Positions 1-8,800 of a DNA stretch of 32,000 nt are shown here, piece after piece. The position numbers and the translations under genes are program-made. The DNA lies in assembly GCF_000020025.1 (NCBI RefSeq), contig NC_010631.1, forward strand, positions 240,001-272,000, in the 5' to 3' direction. The notes beneath the pieces were generated by a model. The model did no database searches, was not told where the DNA came from, and was given only the letters and a program-made list of their open reading frames with translations. This stretch comes from Nostoc punctiforme PCC 73102. GTDB taxonomy: Bacteria; Cyanobacteriota; Cyanobacteriia; Cyanobacteriales; Nostocaceae. Numbering within the stretch: position 1 is the stretch's first letter; each line of letters starts with the position of its first letter.

Positions 1-191
1 CGTTAAGTCTAAAATTTTTCTCCAAAAAGTGTATATGCACTTAATTTCTCTATGTTGGCAGTTGATGATCATTCAAAGAAATCATCGGCACCTCGTGTCA
101 AGGAGTCAGTAACATGAAAACGATTGCGGACGTAGCGCCGATGACATAGTGGCAGAAGTTCAGGGCTTGGATCATCGCGTTTAAGGAAGCG

Positions 192-344
192 ATGGATTTC
201 AGAGAGACGGACATTCTGAGTGATCGCATCGAAAGTCTCGAACTACGAATCGCCGATCTCGAAGCGCAATTTCACGATTCAAACGATTGCATTTCCAGCT
301 CCATCAACCCAATCATTGAAAGTGAGGCACATGAAACTTTATAG
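192..344 (+). CDS. small coiled-coil ORF (50 aa), possibly SlyX-like
   Basis: ATG at 192 lies directly after AAGGAAG (183-189). The product MDFRETDILSDRIESLELRIADLEAQF... has heptad-like L/I spacing. TAG at 342-344 overlaps the next gene's start by 14 nt. The ORF is below the track's 60-aa cutoff. Confidence 0.3.
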   Translation: MDFRETDILSDRIESLELRIADLEAQFHDSNDCISSSINPIIESEAHETL

Positions 345-969
345 TGTTCCTATTTCACCCTTTGCCGCCCGCGTGCGGTTGTCCATCTATCGCAAAGGTC
401 TAAACATTGAAATTGTCCCACCGCCAGAAGGAGGCATTAAAAGTGATGCCTATTTAGCTCTGAACCCTATGGGACAGGTGCCGACTTTGTTATTGGACTC
501 TGGTTTTGCACTCCCAGAATCAGCAACGATCCTTGAATATCTAGAAGATGTCTTCCCAACACCATCTTTGCGACCGACTGATGTTGAGGATTTAGCCCGT
601 GTTCGTTTGTTCTTGCGCCTCCCAGATTTTCATATTCGACCATCCATCTTTGCTTTAAGAGGTATGCGAGATCCAGCTAATCGCAATGAGGACGTGGTTA
701 AAACTCAATTTGAAGTTCTCGATCAGGGCTTGTCATATATCGACCATTACCTGAGCGAAGATGTCTGGGCAGTGGGTAATCGACCGTCAATCGCTGACTG
801 TGCCCTTGTCCCGATATTCAATATAGTCAGTTTCATGGTATTGGTCTATAACCACTCGGATATCATCAGCAAGTATCAAAAGCTTAGTGCTTATTGGCAG
901 GCAGCCAAGACCGATGAAATTAACGCCAAAGTGATTGCCGAACAACTGGCTGCCATACCAAAAGCTTAG
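331..969 (+). CDS. glutathione S-transferase family protein
   Basis: The track ORF 220..969 starts at a GTG. The GST-like sequence begins at ATG 331 (MKLYSVPISPFAARVRLSIYRKGL...) after GTGAGG. It has an N-terminal thioredoxin-like GST fold motif (SPF, VPTL, ESATILEYL) and a helical C-terminal domain. Confidence 0.85.
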   Translation: MKLYSVPISPFAARVRLSIYRKGLNIEIVPPPEGGIKSDAYLALNPMGQVPTLLLDSGFALPESATILEYLEDVFPTPSLRPTDVEDLARVRLFLRLPDFHIRPSIFALRGMRDPANRNEDVVKTQFEVLDQGLSYIDHYLSEDVWAVGNRPSIADCALVPIFNIVSFMVLVYNHSDIISKYQKLSAYWQAAKTDEINAKVIAEQLAAIPKA

Positions 970-1071
970 GAGTTTGCGGAAAGAAGGCAGATGGAACAAA
1001 GATCCTGGACAAATCCACCATCAAGTTCTCATAGCATTATTAGCAAAATCATTACAAAAAGGTAGGTGATC

Positions 1072-1542
1072 ATGGAAGAGGGCATATCGGATAATCCCGG
1101 AGTAATTGCTTTTCCGCCAGCACTCTATGCTGGAACATTATTAATCGGATTAGTACTTAGTTTCATGTTTCCAATCGACTTTTTATCGCGATCTGTAGCA
1201 CTAGCTTTGGGAGTATTAGCAATTATTTGCGCGGGTTTGATAGTAACTTCAGCTTTTCGGACGATGAATCGCGCACAGACAGAGGTTAACCCTTCACGTC
1301 CGACAACAGCGATTGTTTCGGATGGAGTTTTTAGGTTAAGCCGCAACCCAATTTATTTGTCTCTGACGCTGTTTTACATCGGCATCGCGTTGCTATTGGG
1401 TGCGCTCTGGGCATTGCTACTATTATTCCCCCTTTTAGTGATTGTGCAAATCGGGATTGTTCAGCGCGAAGAGAATTACTTGGAGCGTAAATTTGGCGAT
1501 GAATACTTACGCTACAAGGCACGGGTGCGTCGCTGGGTATAA
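1072..1542 (+). CDS. isoprenylcysteine carboxyl / phospholipid methyltransferase-family membrane protein
   Basis: Several TM helices are followed by the family motif ...FRLSRNPIYLSLTLFYIGIALL...REENYLERKFGDEYLRYKARVRRWV. ATG 1072 follows AGGTAGG; the track start is GTG 1066. Confidence 0.8.
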   Translation: MEEGISDNPGVIAFPPALYAGTLLIGLVLSFMFPIDFLSRSVALALGVLAIICAGLIVTSAFRTMNRAQTEVNPSRPTTAIVSDGVFRLSRNPIYLSLTLFYIGIALLLGALWALLLLFPLLVIVQIGIVQREENYLERKFGDEYLRYKARVRRWV

Positions 1543-1712
1543 AAGGAAAAGGGGATTCATGTTAAAGGGGAAAGGGATGATGATTGTCGCGTCACTTGCA
1601 GGCGAGGTTTTTACCTTTCCCCCTTCTCCCTCTTATAAAGTACCTATTAAAACCAATTGAAAATTCCACCAAAATCTATACCGATTTATAACTATCAACG
1701 CTAGAGGCTTCT

Positions 1713-3068
1713 ATGGCTAAATTTGATAACCATCCTACCGTGAGATGGTGGCGTGAGCAGTCTACAAACAACCCAAAAACAAGCACAGTCGCTTTGAATT
1801 CTGATTCACTCCGAACACTTTGTTTGGATGCGGGTGCTGATGATGTAGGATTTGTGGAAATTTACCGACCCGCGATCGCCGACCAACATGCCGAAATTCT
1901 GGCAGTATTTCCACCCACCAAAACATTGATTAGCTTTGTCTGCTGCATGAATCGGGAAAGCGTTCGCACTCCAGCGCGATCAATCGCTAATCTGGAATTT
2001 CATGCCAATTACGACCATGCAGATGAAGTGGCTCGAAACCTCGTCAAAGCATTCGCGCAGATTGGTGTCCGAGCCTTGAATCCGTCAGTGGCATTCCCAA
2101 TGGAAATGGATCGTTATCCAGACAAAAAAGCCTGGATTATATCTCATAAACCTGTGGCTGTTGAAGCAGGATTAGGACACATAGGAATTCATCGAAACGT
2201 GATTCATCCAAAGTTTGGTAATTTCATTGCCCTCGGCACAGTTTTAATCGATACAGAAGTAACGGAGTACGCTCACCCGATCAATTACAATCCCTGCATT
2301 GAGTGTAAATTGTGTGTTGCGGCTTGTCCTGTAGGCGCGATCGGGGCTGATGGTAGTTTTAGTTTTTCAGCTTGTTACACTCATAATTATCGTGAGTTCA
2401 TGGGCGGATTCACAGATTGGACAGAGACGATCGCTGACAGCAAAAGTGCTAGTGATTATCGAAAAAAAGTCAGTGCTTCTGAATCAGCCTCAATGTGGCA
2501 AAGCTTGTCTTTCAAGCCGAACTACAAAGCAGCTTACTGTATTGCGGCATGTCCGGCGGGAGAAGATGTAATTGCTCCATTCTTGAGCGATCGCAAAGCA
2601 TTTATTAAAGATGTGGTCAAGCCATTGCAGGACAAAACCGAAACCATCTATGTGGTGCCGGGATCGGATGCCGAAAACTATGTTGTCAAACATTTTCCCA
2701 ATAAAACGGTGAAGCTTGTGAGCAGTGGCATTCGTCCTCAATCGATTCAAGGATTTCTCTTTGGATTACCATTGTTATTTCAACGCAATCAGTCGGAGGG
2801 ATTGAGTGCAATTTACCATTTCACATTCACTGGCTCTGAGTCTCGTCGTGCAACAGTGACGATTCAAAATAAAATGGTACGAGTTCAAGAAGGACATCTT
2901 GGGAAAGCAAATATTTCTGTCACGGCAGATAGCAAAACTTGGCTGGGTTTTCTTGGCAAGGAACAAAATTTAATTTGGGCACTGCTGCGATGTAAAATTC
3001 GGGTTAGTGGTTCTCTTAAGCTACTTCAGGCATTTGGTAAATGTTTTCCTACCTGCAATATTCATTAA
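1713..3068 (+). CDS. 4Fe-4S cluster protein (QueG / reductive-dehalogenase-like ferredoxin core) with C-terminal SCP2 sterol-carrier-like domain
   Basis: Contains CIECKLCVAACPVGAI and a second cluster motif YCIAACPAG. The C-terminal ~100 aa (IYHFTFTGSE...VTADSKTWLGFLGKEQNLIWALLRCKIRVSGSLKLLQAFGKCF) resembles SCP2. An AGAGG SD lies before ATG 1713. Confidence 0.75.
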   Translation: MAKFDNHPTVRWWREQSTNNPKTSTVALNSDSLRTLCLDAGADDVGFVEIYRPAIADQHAEILAVFPPTKTLISFVCCMNRESVRTPARSIANLEFHANYDHADEVARNLVKAFAQIGVRALNPSVAFPMEMDRYPDKKAWIISHKPVAVEAGLGHIGIHRNVIHPKFGNFIALGTVLIDTEVTEYAHPINYNPCIECKLCVAACPVGAIGADGSFSFSACYTHNYREFMGGFTDWTETIADSKSASDYRKKVSASESASMWQSLSFKPNYKAAYCIAACPAGEDVIAPFLSDRKAFIKDVVKPLQDKTETIYVVPGSDAENYVVKHFPNKTVKLVSSGIRPQSIQGFLFGLPLLFQRNQSEGLSAIYHFTFTGSESRRATVTIQNKMVRVQEGHLGKANISVTADSKTWLGFLGKEQNLIWALLRCKIRVSGSLKLLQAFGKCFPTCNIH

Positions 3069-3075
3069 ATTCTAG

Positions 3076-3205
3076 AAATGCCTAACTAATTACCCCGCAA
3101 GGGGACTGAAACTTTCAAGTGCGGCTAACACTAATAATCAGGGTGTTAAGTTTTAATCAGGATGTTAAGTTTCCAAAACTAATTATCCTGCGAGGGGAGA
3201 CAATA
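3076..3205 (+). CRISPR. vestigial two-repeat CRISPR-like array (no cas genes in window)
   Basis: Repeat 1 (3076-3112) ends ..ACCCCGCAAGGGGACTGAAAC. A degenerate repeat 2 (3169-3205) reads GTTTCCAAAACTAATTATCCTGCGAGGGGAGACAATA, 23/37 identical by hand alignment. The 93-bp period drops to 74 bp (37+37) once an internal 19-bp tandem duplication is discounted. Confidence 0.35.
3135..3172. repeat. 19-bp tandem duplication, two units
   Basis: taatcagggtgttaagttt (3135-3153) is followed by taatcaggatgttaagttt (3154-3172), 18/19 identical. Confidence 0.9.
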
Positions 3206-3271
3206 CCGGAACTAATTGAGGGCTAGTCATTCTTTTGTTGACCCCGCCAAACCCCGCAATTGTCTCCAACT

Positions 3272-4168
3272 TCAGCTATTGGCCATAACACCAACACGGA
3301 GAGCAATCCGCTTATATTTGTTTGGATTGTAGGGCATACCTGTATGCATAACTTGGGAGTTATCCCAAAACACAATATCTCCAGCTTGCCAAATATGGGC
3401 ATAAACTGGTGTACAGGAAAGAATCTCCTGAAACAATTCCTGCCAATACTGTTTAGCAGCTTCTGGTTTGTTTTCTAGCCCTTTGAGAATCGAAGTGTCT
3501 GAACCCAAATATAAACAATAGCGCCCAGTTACTTTGTGAGTTGAGACAATTGGATGTAATTTCCGAGGAATCTCTACCCCTGGCTGTGGGGAGATAGGTG
3601 AGAGGTGATACATCGACAGTAGTTTTAATTGCTGCTGATGTTGGGGAGCGAGATTGTGGTAGGCTTCCACCATATCGAGAAAGAGAGTGGTGTGGGGGTG
3701 TCCATCCGTTCCTTCGTCCGGGATGGACACCCCATAAAGCATCACAACATAGAGGGCATTCATATCCAGTCCCTGTGTTTTAGGGAGATGGTCTTTATCG
3801 TGATGCCATTGCCAAGCAACCTTGCCGACCACCTCACCAGAAAGCCCCTTGGGATTACCTAAAATGGAGACTCCAGGACTTTGTAAGTCTGGAGCGATTT
3901 CGGGATCTAGAGGCTTGGGGCGACGACCAAGGGTTGAGTCACCAAACGTCTGGATGGCAAAGTCTTTCAACTGGGATGCCGTCAGTTTTTGCTTTCTGAC
4001 AACAATAACCCCGTGTTCCCAGAGAGATTGCTTCAATTCCTCAACTTGTTGGTCTGTTATAGATGCAAAATTACAATCTCGTAAAACTTCCTTGCCCAGT
4101 CTTGAATGCTGCCGTACGGTCAACAATTTATTCATCTTAAGTAAATACCGTTTGATAATATTATTCAC
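3272..4168 (-). CDS. TauD/TfdA-family Fe(II)/2-oxoglutarate dioxygenase
   Basis: Has WQWHHDKDH (HxD iron ligands), a distal His in ...VFWDNSQVMHTGMPY, and a 2OG-binding Arg in RIALRVGV. Length and order fit the TauD family. The start is GTG 4168 or ATG 4135. Confidence 0.8.
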   Translation of the reverse strand: MNNIIKRYLLKMNKLLTVRQHSRLGKEVLRDCNFASITDQQVEELKQSLWEHGVIVVRKQKLTASQLKDFAIQTFGDSTLGRRPKPLDPEIAPDLQSPGVSILGNPKGLSGEVVGKVAWQWHHDKDHLPKTQGLDMNALYVVMLYGVSIPDEGTDGHPHTTLFLDMVEAYHNLAPQHQQQLKLLSMYHLSPISPQPGVEIPRKLHPIVSTHKVTGRYCLYLGSDTSILKGLENKPEAAKQYWQELFQEILSCTPVYAHIWQAGDIVFWDNSQVMHTGMPYNPNKYKRIALRVGVMANS

Positions 4169-4392
4169 CTAAAGTTTCGTGCTTTACGCAAAAAACGAAT
4201 CATCTTGAAGTTGGCATTACGAATTTTAAAGGTCAGCATCAGCCATGTTAGAAAAGCTACTGCTGAGGGAAAACTTAAAACAAGACCCTGTTTTGAAGAC
4301 TTTGATTGTAATTCATCAGCCGAACGCTACAAATTACACAACAGAATTGGCAACGCATACATGAGTTTAAAATAGTATTTTTGTACTATTTA

Positions 4393-4420
4393 TTGACAAA
4401 TAAGTACTTGTTGCTAAAAT
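4393..4420 (+). promoter_or_regulatory. near-consensus sigma70-type promoter (TTGACA-16 nt-TAAAAT)
   Basis: TTGACA lies at 4393-4398 and TAAAAT at 4415-4420, with a 16-nt spacer. It points rightward into the IS and, before insertion, toward the 5865 gene. An imperfect inverted repeat (gtactatttattg / caaataagtac) overlaps the -35. Confidence 0.45.
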
Positions 4421-4451
4421 CTTTTAACAAAGCCAGGGTAAGTTGAGTTAG

Positions 4452-5810
4452 CGGGACTTAAACAAAAGTTAAGAGCGAAAAAGAGTATAATACTTAGCTA
4501 GCATAGCTTTCACGTCGAAAAAAGCTCATGAAAGAAACCACCCCCGCAGCCATGCCCCCATGCTTTGAAAGATGGTGTCAACGGTTTGATGATGTATTTA
4601 CTCATAAAGCTCAAAAAAGAGAATTTAGACACTATGTAGGGGGATTATTGGGTGAAAGTGAGAGAAAGAACCTGTTTCAAATGGCAGAGAATGCCGTAGG
4701 GGTGACTTACCACCGATTACACCACTTTTTAACTGAAGCACCTTGGTCGAGTTCTCAGGTCAATGAGCGTCGGTTAGAGATCATGAACAAGTGTAGCCAG
4801 ACGAGAATTAGTAGAGGCTTTAGCCTAATCATTGATGATTCTGGGCATAGGAAAAGTGGAAATTTTACGGATGGAGTGGGAAGGCAATATATCGGAGAAA
4901 TAGGCAAAACAGATAATGGAATAGTAGTGGTAACAACACATCTATATGATGGACGAAAAAGCTTACCATTAGATATAGAGCTATATCAGCACGCTAATTC
5001 TTTAGCCGAAGGGAAACAAGACCCAGAATTTGAAAAGAAACCAGAATTAGCAATTAAATTAGTAGACCTAACTTTAAGCCGTAGGTATCAACCAGCAATA
5101 GTTATTGTAGATGCTGGATACGGCAATAATACATCCTTTTTATTAGAGTTAGAGAAGCGGCAATTAAAGTATTTAGGTGGATTAGCTAAAAATCGCAAAG
5201 TAACAGTTAATGAAAAAGATAATATTCAATCAAAAATTAGGCTAGATGAATTAGCACAATCTTTACCCCAAGAGGCTTTTACAGAAATTAGACTTAACTT
5301 AGATAAGCCCAAAACATTATGGGTAGTAACTAAAGAAGTAGAGATATCAGGTCTAAGTGGAAAGCGAAATATTGCTATCGTCATGAACGCTGAGACTTTC
5401 TCACTCGCCACTGATATTGACTATTTCATTACTAATATTTCTTCATCAATTGTCACACCACAATGGATAGTTGACACCTACTCACAGAGAAATTGGGTGG
5501 AAGTTTTTTATAGAGAAGCGAAGGGTTGGTTAGGGCTAAAAGAATATCAAGTCCGAGATAAAAGAAGTCTACTTCGACATTTTATCTTAGTTTTTTGTGC
5601 CTATACTTTTATTCTTTGGCATCAGATGACAGGTGGTTTGAGACGCCGATGGGCTAACAAACCTTTGAACACGTTTACTGAAGCAATAGATGCTTTTAGA
5701 ACAGCTATGTCTTTTCGATTTTTTGATTGGTTGACCCTGAACCGGGACGTATTTGCTGCTTACAAAGCCAGTTTGGGCTTTATTTGGGCTTAATTTTTGT
5801 TTAAGTCCCG
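4452..5810 (+). mobile_element. IS701-family (IS4-like DDE) insertion sequence, copy 1, intact
   Basis: Terminal inverted repeats are CGGGACTTAAACAAAA (4452-4467) and its reverse complement (5795-5810), extending imperfectly to about 24 nt. They are flanked by the direct repeat TTAG (4448-4451 and 5811-5814). The element carries a single transposase ORF. Confidence 0.85.
4528..5793 (+). CDS. IS701-family DDE transposase
   Basis: Shows the DDE triad context LIIDDSGHRK, IVIVDAGYGNN and the Y-2-R-3-E-6-K signature YSQRNWVEVFYREAK. The N-terminal ...YHRLHHFLTEAPWS... is typical of IS701-like transposases. Confidence 0.9.
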   Translation: MKETTPAAMPPCFERWCQRFDDVFTHKAQKREFRHYVGGLLGESERKNLFQMAENAVGVTYHRLHHFLTEAPWSSSQVNERRLEIMNKCSQTRISRGFSLIIDDSGHRKSGNFTDGVGRQYIGEIGKTDNGIVVVTTHLYDGRKSLPLDIELYQHANSLAEGKQDPEFEKKPELAIKLVDLTLSRRYQPAIVIVDAGYGNNTSFLLELEKRQLKYLGGLAKNRKVTVNEKDNIQSKIRLDELAQSLPQEAFTEIRLNLDKPKTLWVVTKEVEISGLSGKRNIAIVMNAETFSLATDIDYFITNISSSIVTPQWIVDTYSQRNWVEVFYREAKGWLGLKEYQVRDKRSLLRHFILVFCAYTFILWHQMTGGLRRRWANKPLNTFTEAIDAFRTAMSFRFFDWLTLNRDVFAAYKASLGFIWA

Positions 5811-5864
5811 TTAGTAATTTTTTAGAAATGAAATTGCGAAAAAGCAATCTAATCAGGGATTCTC

Positions 5865-8800
5865 ATGCAAGATTTATCCAATATTGACTTATTTTATGCT
5901 TATTTAGACTTAGAAATTAATAGTGAAAATAATATATACCGCATAGGATTGGTATCTCTGAATTTAACAAAAGATTTTTATCAAGAAAATCTAAATCAAG
6001 CTTACGAAGAAATAAGGAAGTTGAAAAATAGTAATTTAGCAGTGTGCGGTCATAACTTCCGCCGCTTTGATTACCCTTATCTGATTGAGCAAGAACAGCA
6101 ATTATCTTCTTGGCACATAATTGACACTTTAGAACTATCAATACTCGCTTTCCCCTTACAGCATTCGCATAAGCTAAATAAATATTATAAGCAAAGTGAA
6201 TATTCAAGTAATAATCCTCTAGAAGACGCACAGGCAACTCGATTATTACTAGGTCAACAATTAGAAGCACTATTTAAAAAGCCTGATGAAGTACAACAGA
6301 TATATATTTGGCTCCTAACTTGTGGTTGCGATGATGCAGACCTTGCATATCAACAATTTTTCAGCGATCACCTTGGTTTGAAGATTGAACAACCCGCCAT
6401 AGAAATGCTGCCAGAAACAATGTTGAAAAGAATAAATCAATCCTATTTGCAGCAGCTATGGTCTAGTCCACAAACTTATGATTTTGAGATAAGATTATGC
6501 GTGGCGGGTTTACTGGCTTGGAACTATGAGTGCAATACCAATGAATCGAAGCAGGTTTTTTGTGATTGGCTCAGACATTTAAATGGTTTTCAAGCTGTAC
6601 TTGAGAATTTGCGTCCTTTAAGTACAGATGAATTCGCTATCAGTTCTTACTTGGAATATTTTGAAATTCCCAGTTTTCGACCTTTGCAGTCAGAAGCTGT
6701 CCAAGCAATTATTAATAATGACCGTCCACTTGTTCTGATGCCTACTGGCGGTGGTAAATCTTTGTGCTATCAATTGCCAGCATTCATGTTCCATGAAAGG
6801 CACAAAGCACTGACTATTGTAATTTCACCGCTACAAGCATTAATGGCAGATCAGGTAGCAGATTTAGAACAAGCTGGGTTTTTCTTTTCCACCTTTATTA
6901 ATGGTAATCTTTCAGCAGCAGAACGCCGCCAACGGCTCGAAGAACTGCGTTTTGGTTCCAAAGGTTTGCTATATATCAGTCCTGAGCAACTGCGGTCAAT
7001 GAGTATTCGGGCATTGCTAGAACAGCGTCCTCCCGTCCTTTGGGTAATTGATGAGGCTCACTGTGTTAGCCAATGGGGTCACGATTTTCGACCAGATTAT
7101 CGCTACATACCAAAATTTATTCAGGAGTTATATCAAGAGCGGCAGCTTGCAATGCCTTTGTTAGCTTTGATGACAGCAACAGCAACAGTCAAAGTTGTTG
7201 AAGATATTAAAAAGCTATTTGCTCAATATCAGTTAAATATTAATCGTACAATTGATGGGGCAATAACCAGAGAAAATCTGACTTTTCAGGTCATTCCAGT
7301 AGCAGGGAATAAAGAGCAAGTCTTACTAGAACAAGTTAAAGAAGCTATTAAACTTGGTGGTAGTACACTAGTTTATACTACTACACGCAAGAATGCCGAA
7401 AAACTGGCAGAACTTCTCAACCAAAGTCATATTAAAGCTAAATACTATCATGGCAAACTTGCAAAAGAAAAGAAACAGGAAGTTTTGCAAGAATTCAAAT
7501 CAGGTAAATTGAACGTAATCACTGCGACTTGTGCATTTGGTATGGGCATTAACCGCAAGGATGTACGAGCAGTTATTCATCATTCCATGAGTGCCAATTT
7601 AGAAGGTTATGTTCAAGAAGCTGGACGGGCAGGGCGTGATGGAGAGCCAGCAGTTTGTACTTTACTATTTGACCCAAAAGATGCTGATACAGTTTTTCGT
7701 TTGCAAAGCTTGAACCAATTGAGCGAACAAGATTTGAAAAATGTCTTGATCTCAACCAGACATATTCGCGATCGCACTTTTGGGAGTGCCAGAGATGATT
7801 GGTTTTGGGTTACAACTAATGAAATCTTTCAAGAGGGCGACTTTGATGAAGAGCTTGGGGAAGATTCAGAACAGCAAAATACTAAAATTAAAGTAGGTTT
7901 GCATTACTTAGAAAACTTCGGTTTATTAGAAAGAGCCGAGAACTTTTCCAGCTTTATCCAATTTGAATTGAGCCATAATACTTTTGCAGAGTCTATGGAG
8001 CAGTTTGAGAAATATAATCAGATTAAGAGTTTATCTCGGTTTGAGGCAGATAACTTTGAGCGGTTGATTCAGGCAATGCACGTTGCTAAAGCTTATTGTA
8101 GTACTAATGATGAACCGTTTCCCCTAGATCGTCTCAGCGATGAAGCTGGCATTAGTTTACATGACCTGACTGCTAGAATTCGAGAACTACAAAGGGCTGA
8201 AGTCTGTTCTTTTGAAATACCAATTACCCTTGTGATTACCAAGGGCGTAAGAGGGGATGCCCGTAAAAACCACGAACGTATTCGTCAGCTAGAAGACCAA
8301 TTGCTCAATGCACTTAATGAGCTATTTGGTAATGAAAATGAAATACAAATAAATCTGCGCGGACTTGCTTCTCGACTCGACCCAGACAATAGTAAAAAAA
8401 TCAGAGCATCCAATATTATAGATATTTTAGAAGGATGGGTTGCTCAAAAATGGGTGAAGTTAAACCGTATAGCTCATGATGTGGTTCGATTGCGCGATAT
8501 AAAAGTTGCAGAGCATTTACCTGAACATAAAATTTTAACAGCTACAGTATTAGAAGTTTTATATCAAGCATTGGCAGATACAACAGGGGCAAGATTACCC
8601 CTGAAGTATGAACTGGGAAGGCTGGCTACTGAAGTTACCCAACAGACTAAACTTGATTGGGATAAGGAAGAGTTGGAGGTTATTCTTCTATGGCTGCACC
8701 AAAGAAAAATAATTCGATTGAGTGACGGACTAAATTTATTCCAACAGTCACTAAAAGTTCGTGTCATAAAAAATGCAAATATTTCCACAGTAACGCGCCG

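Noticed and set aside
220-330. The track extends the GST ORF 37 codons upstream from a GTG at 220.
   Set aside because: The extension has no GST similarity. The canonical N-terminus MKLYS..SPF starts at ATG 331 behind a purine-rich SD, and the upstream frame is better explained by the small overlapping ORF 192-344.
1564-1625. G-rich/C-rich complementary tracts (aaaggggaaagg ... cctttccccctt) after the methyltransferase gene as a terminator. A similar cctttacctttacctcttaccctttcccc tract lies at about 19365-19395.
   Set aside because: The loop is about 38 nt, one bulge is needed and no U-tract follows. This may be low-complexity Nostoc intergenic sequence. It is noted but not called.
3091-3108. 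The CCCCGCAAGGGG hairpin could be a plain terminator for the 4Fe-4S/SCP2 gene rather than a CRISPR repeat.
   Set aside because: This is not fully rejected. There is no U-tract after the stem, and a second degenerate copy at CRISPR-like spacing exists, so the vestigial-array reading is kept as the primary low-confidence call.
3598-4172. Plus-strand ORFs overlapping the TauD gene (3598.., 3629.., 3822..). The same applies to ORFs inside or opposite the helicase, NucA (17569.., 18005.., 18202..) and STAND genes (24872.., 26144.., 27050.., 27807.., 27883..).
   Set aside because: They are shadow ORFs opposite or out of frame with strongly supported long genes, and none has a recognisable motif.
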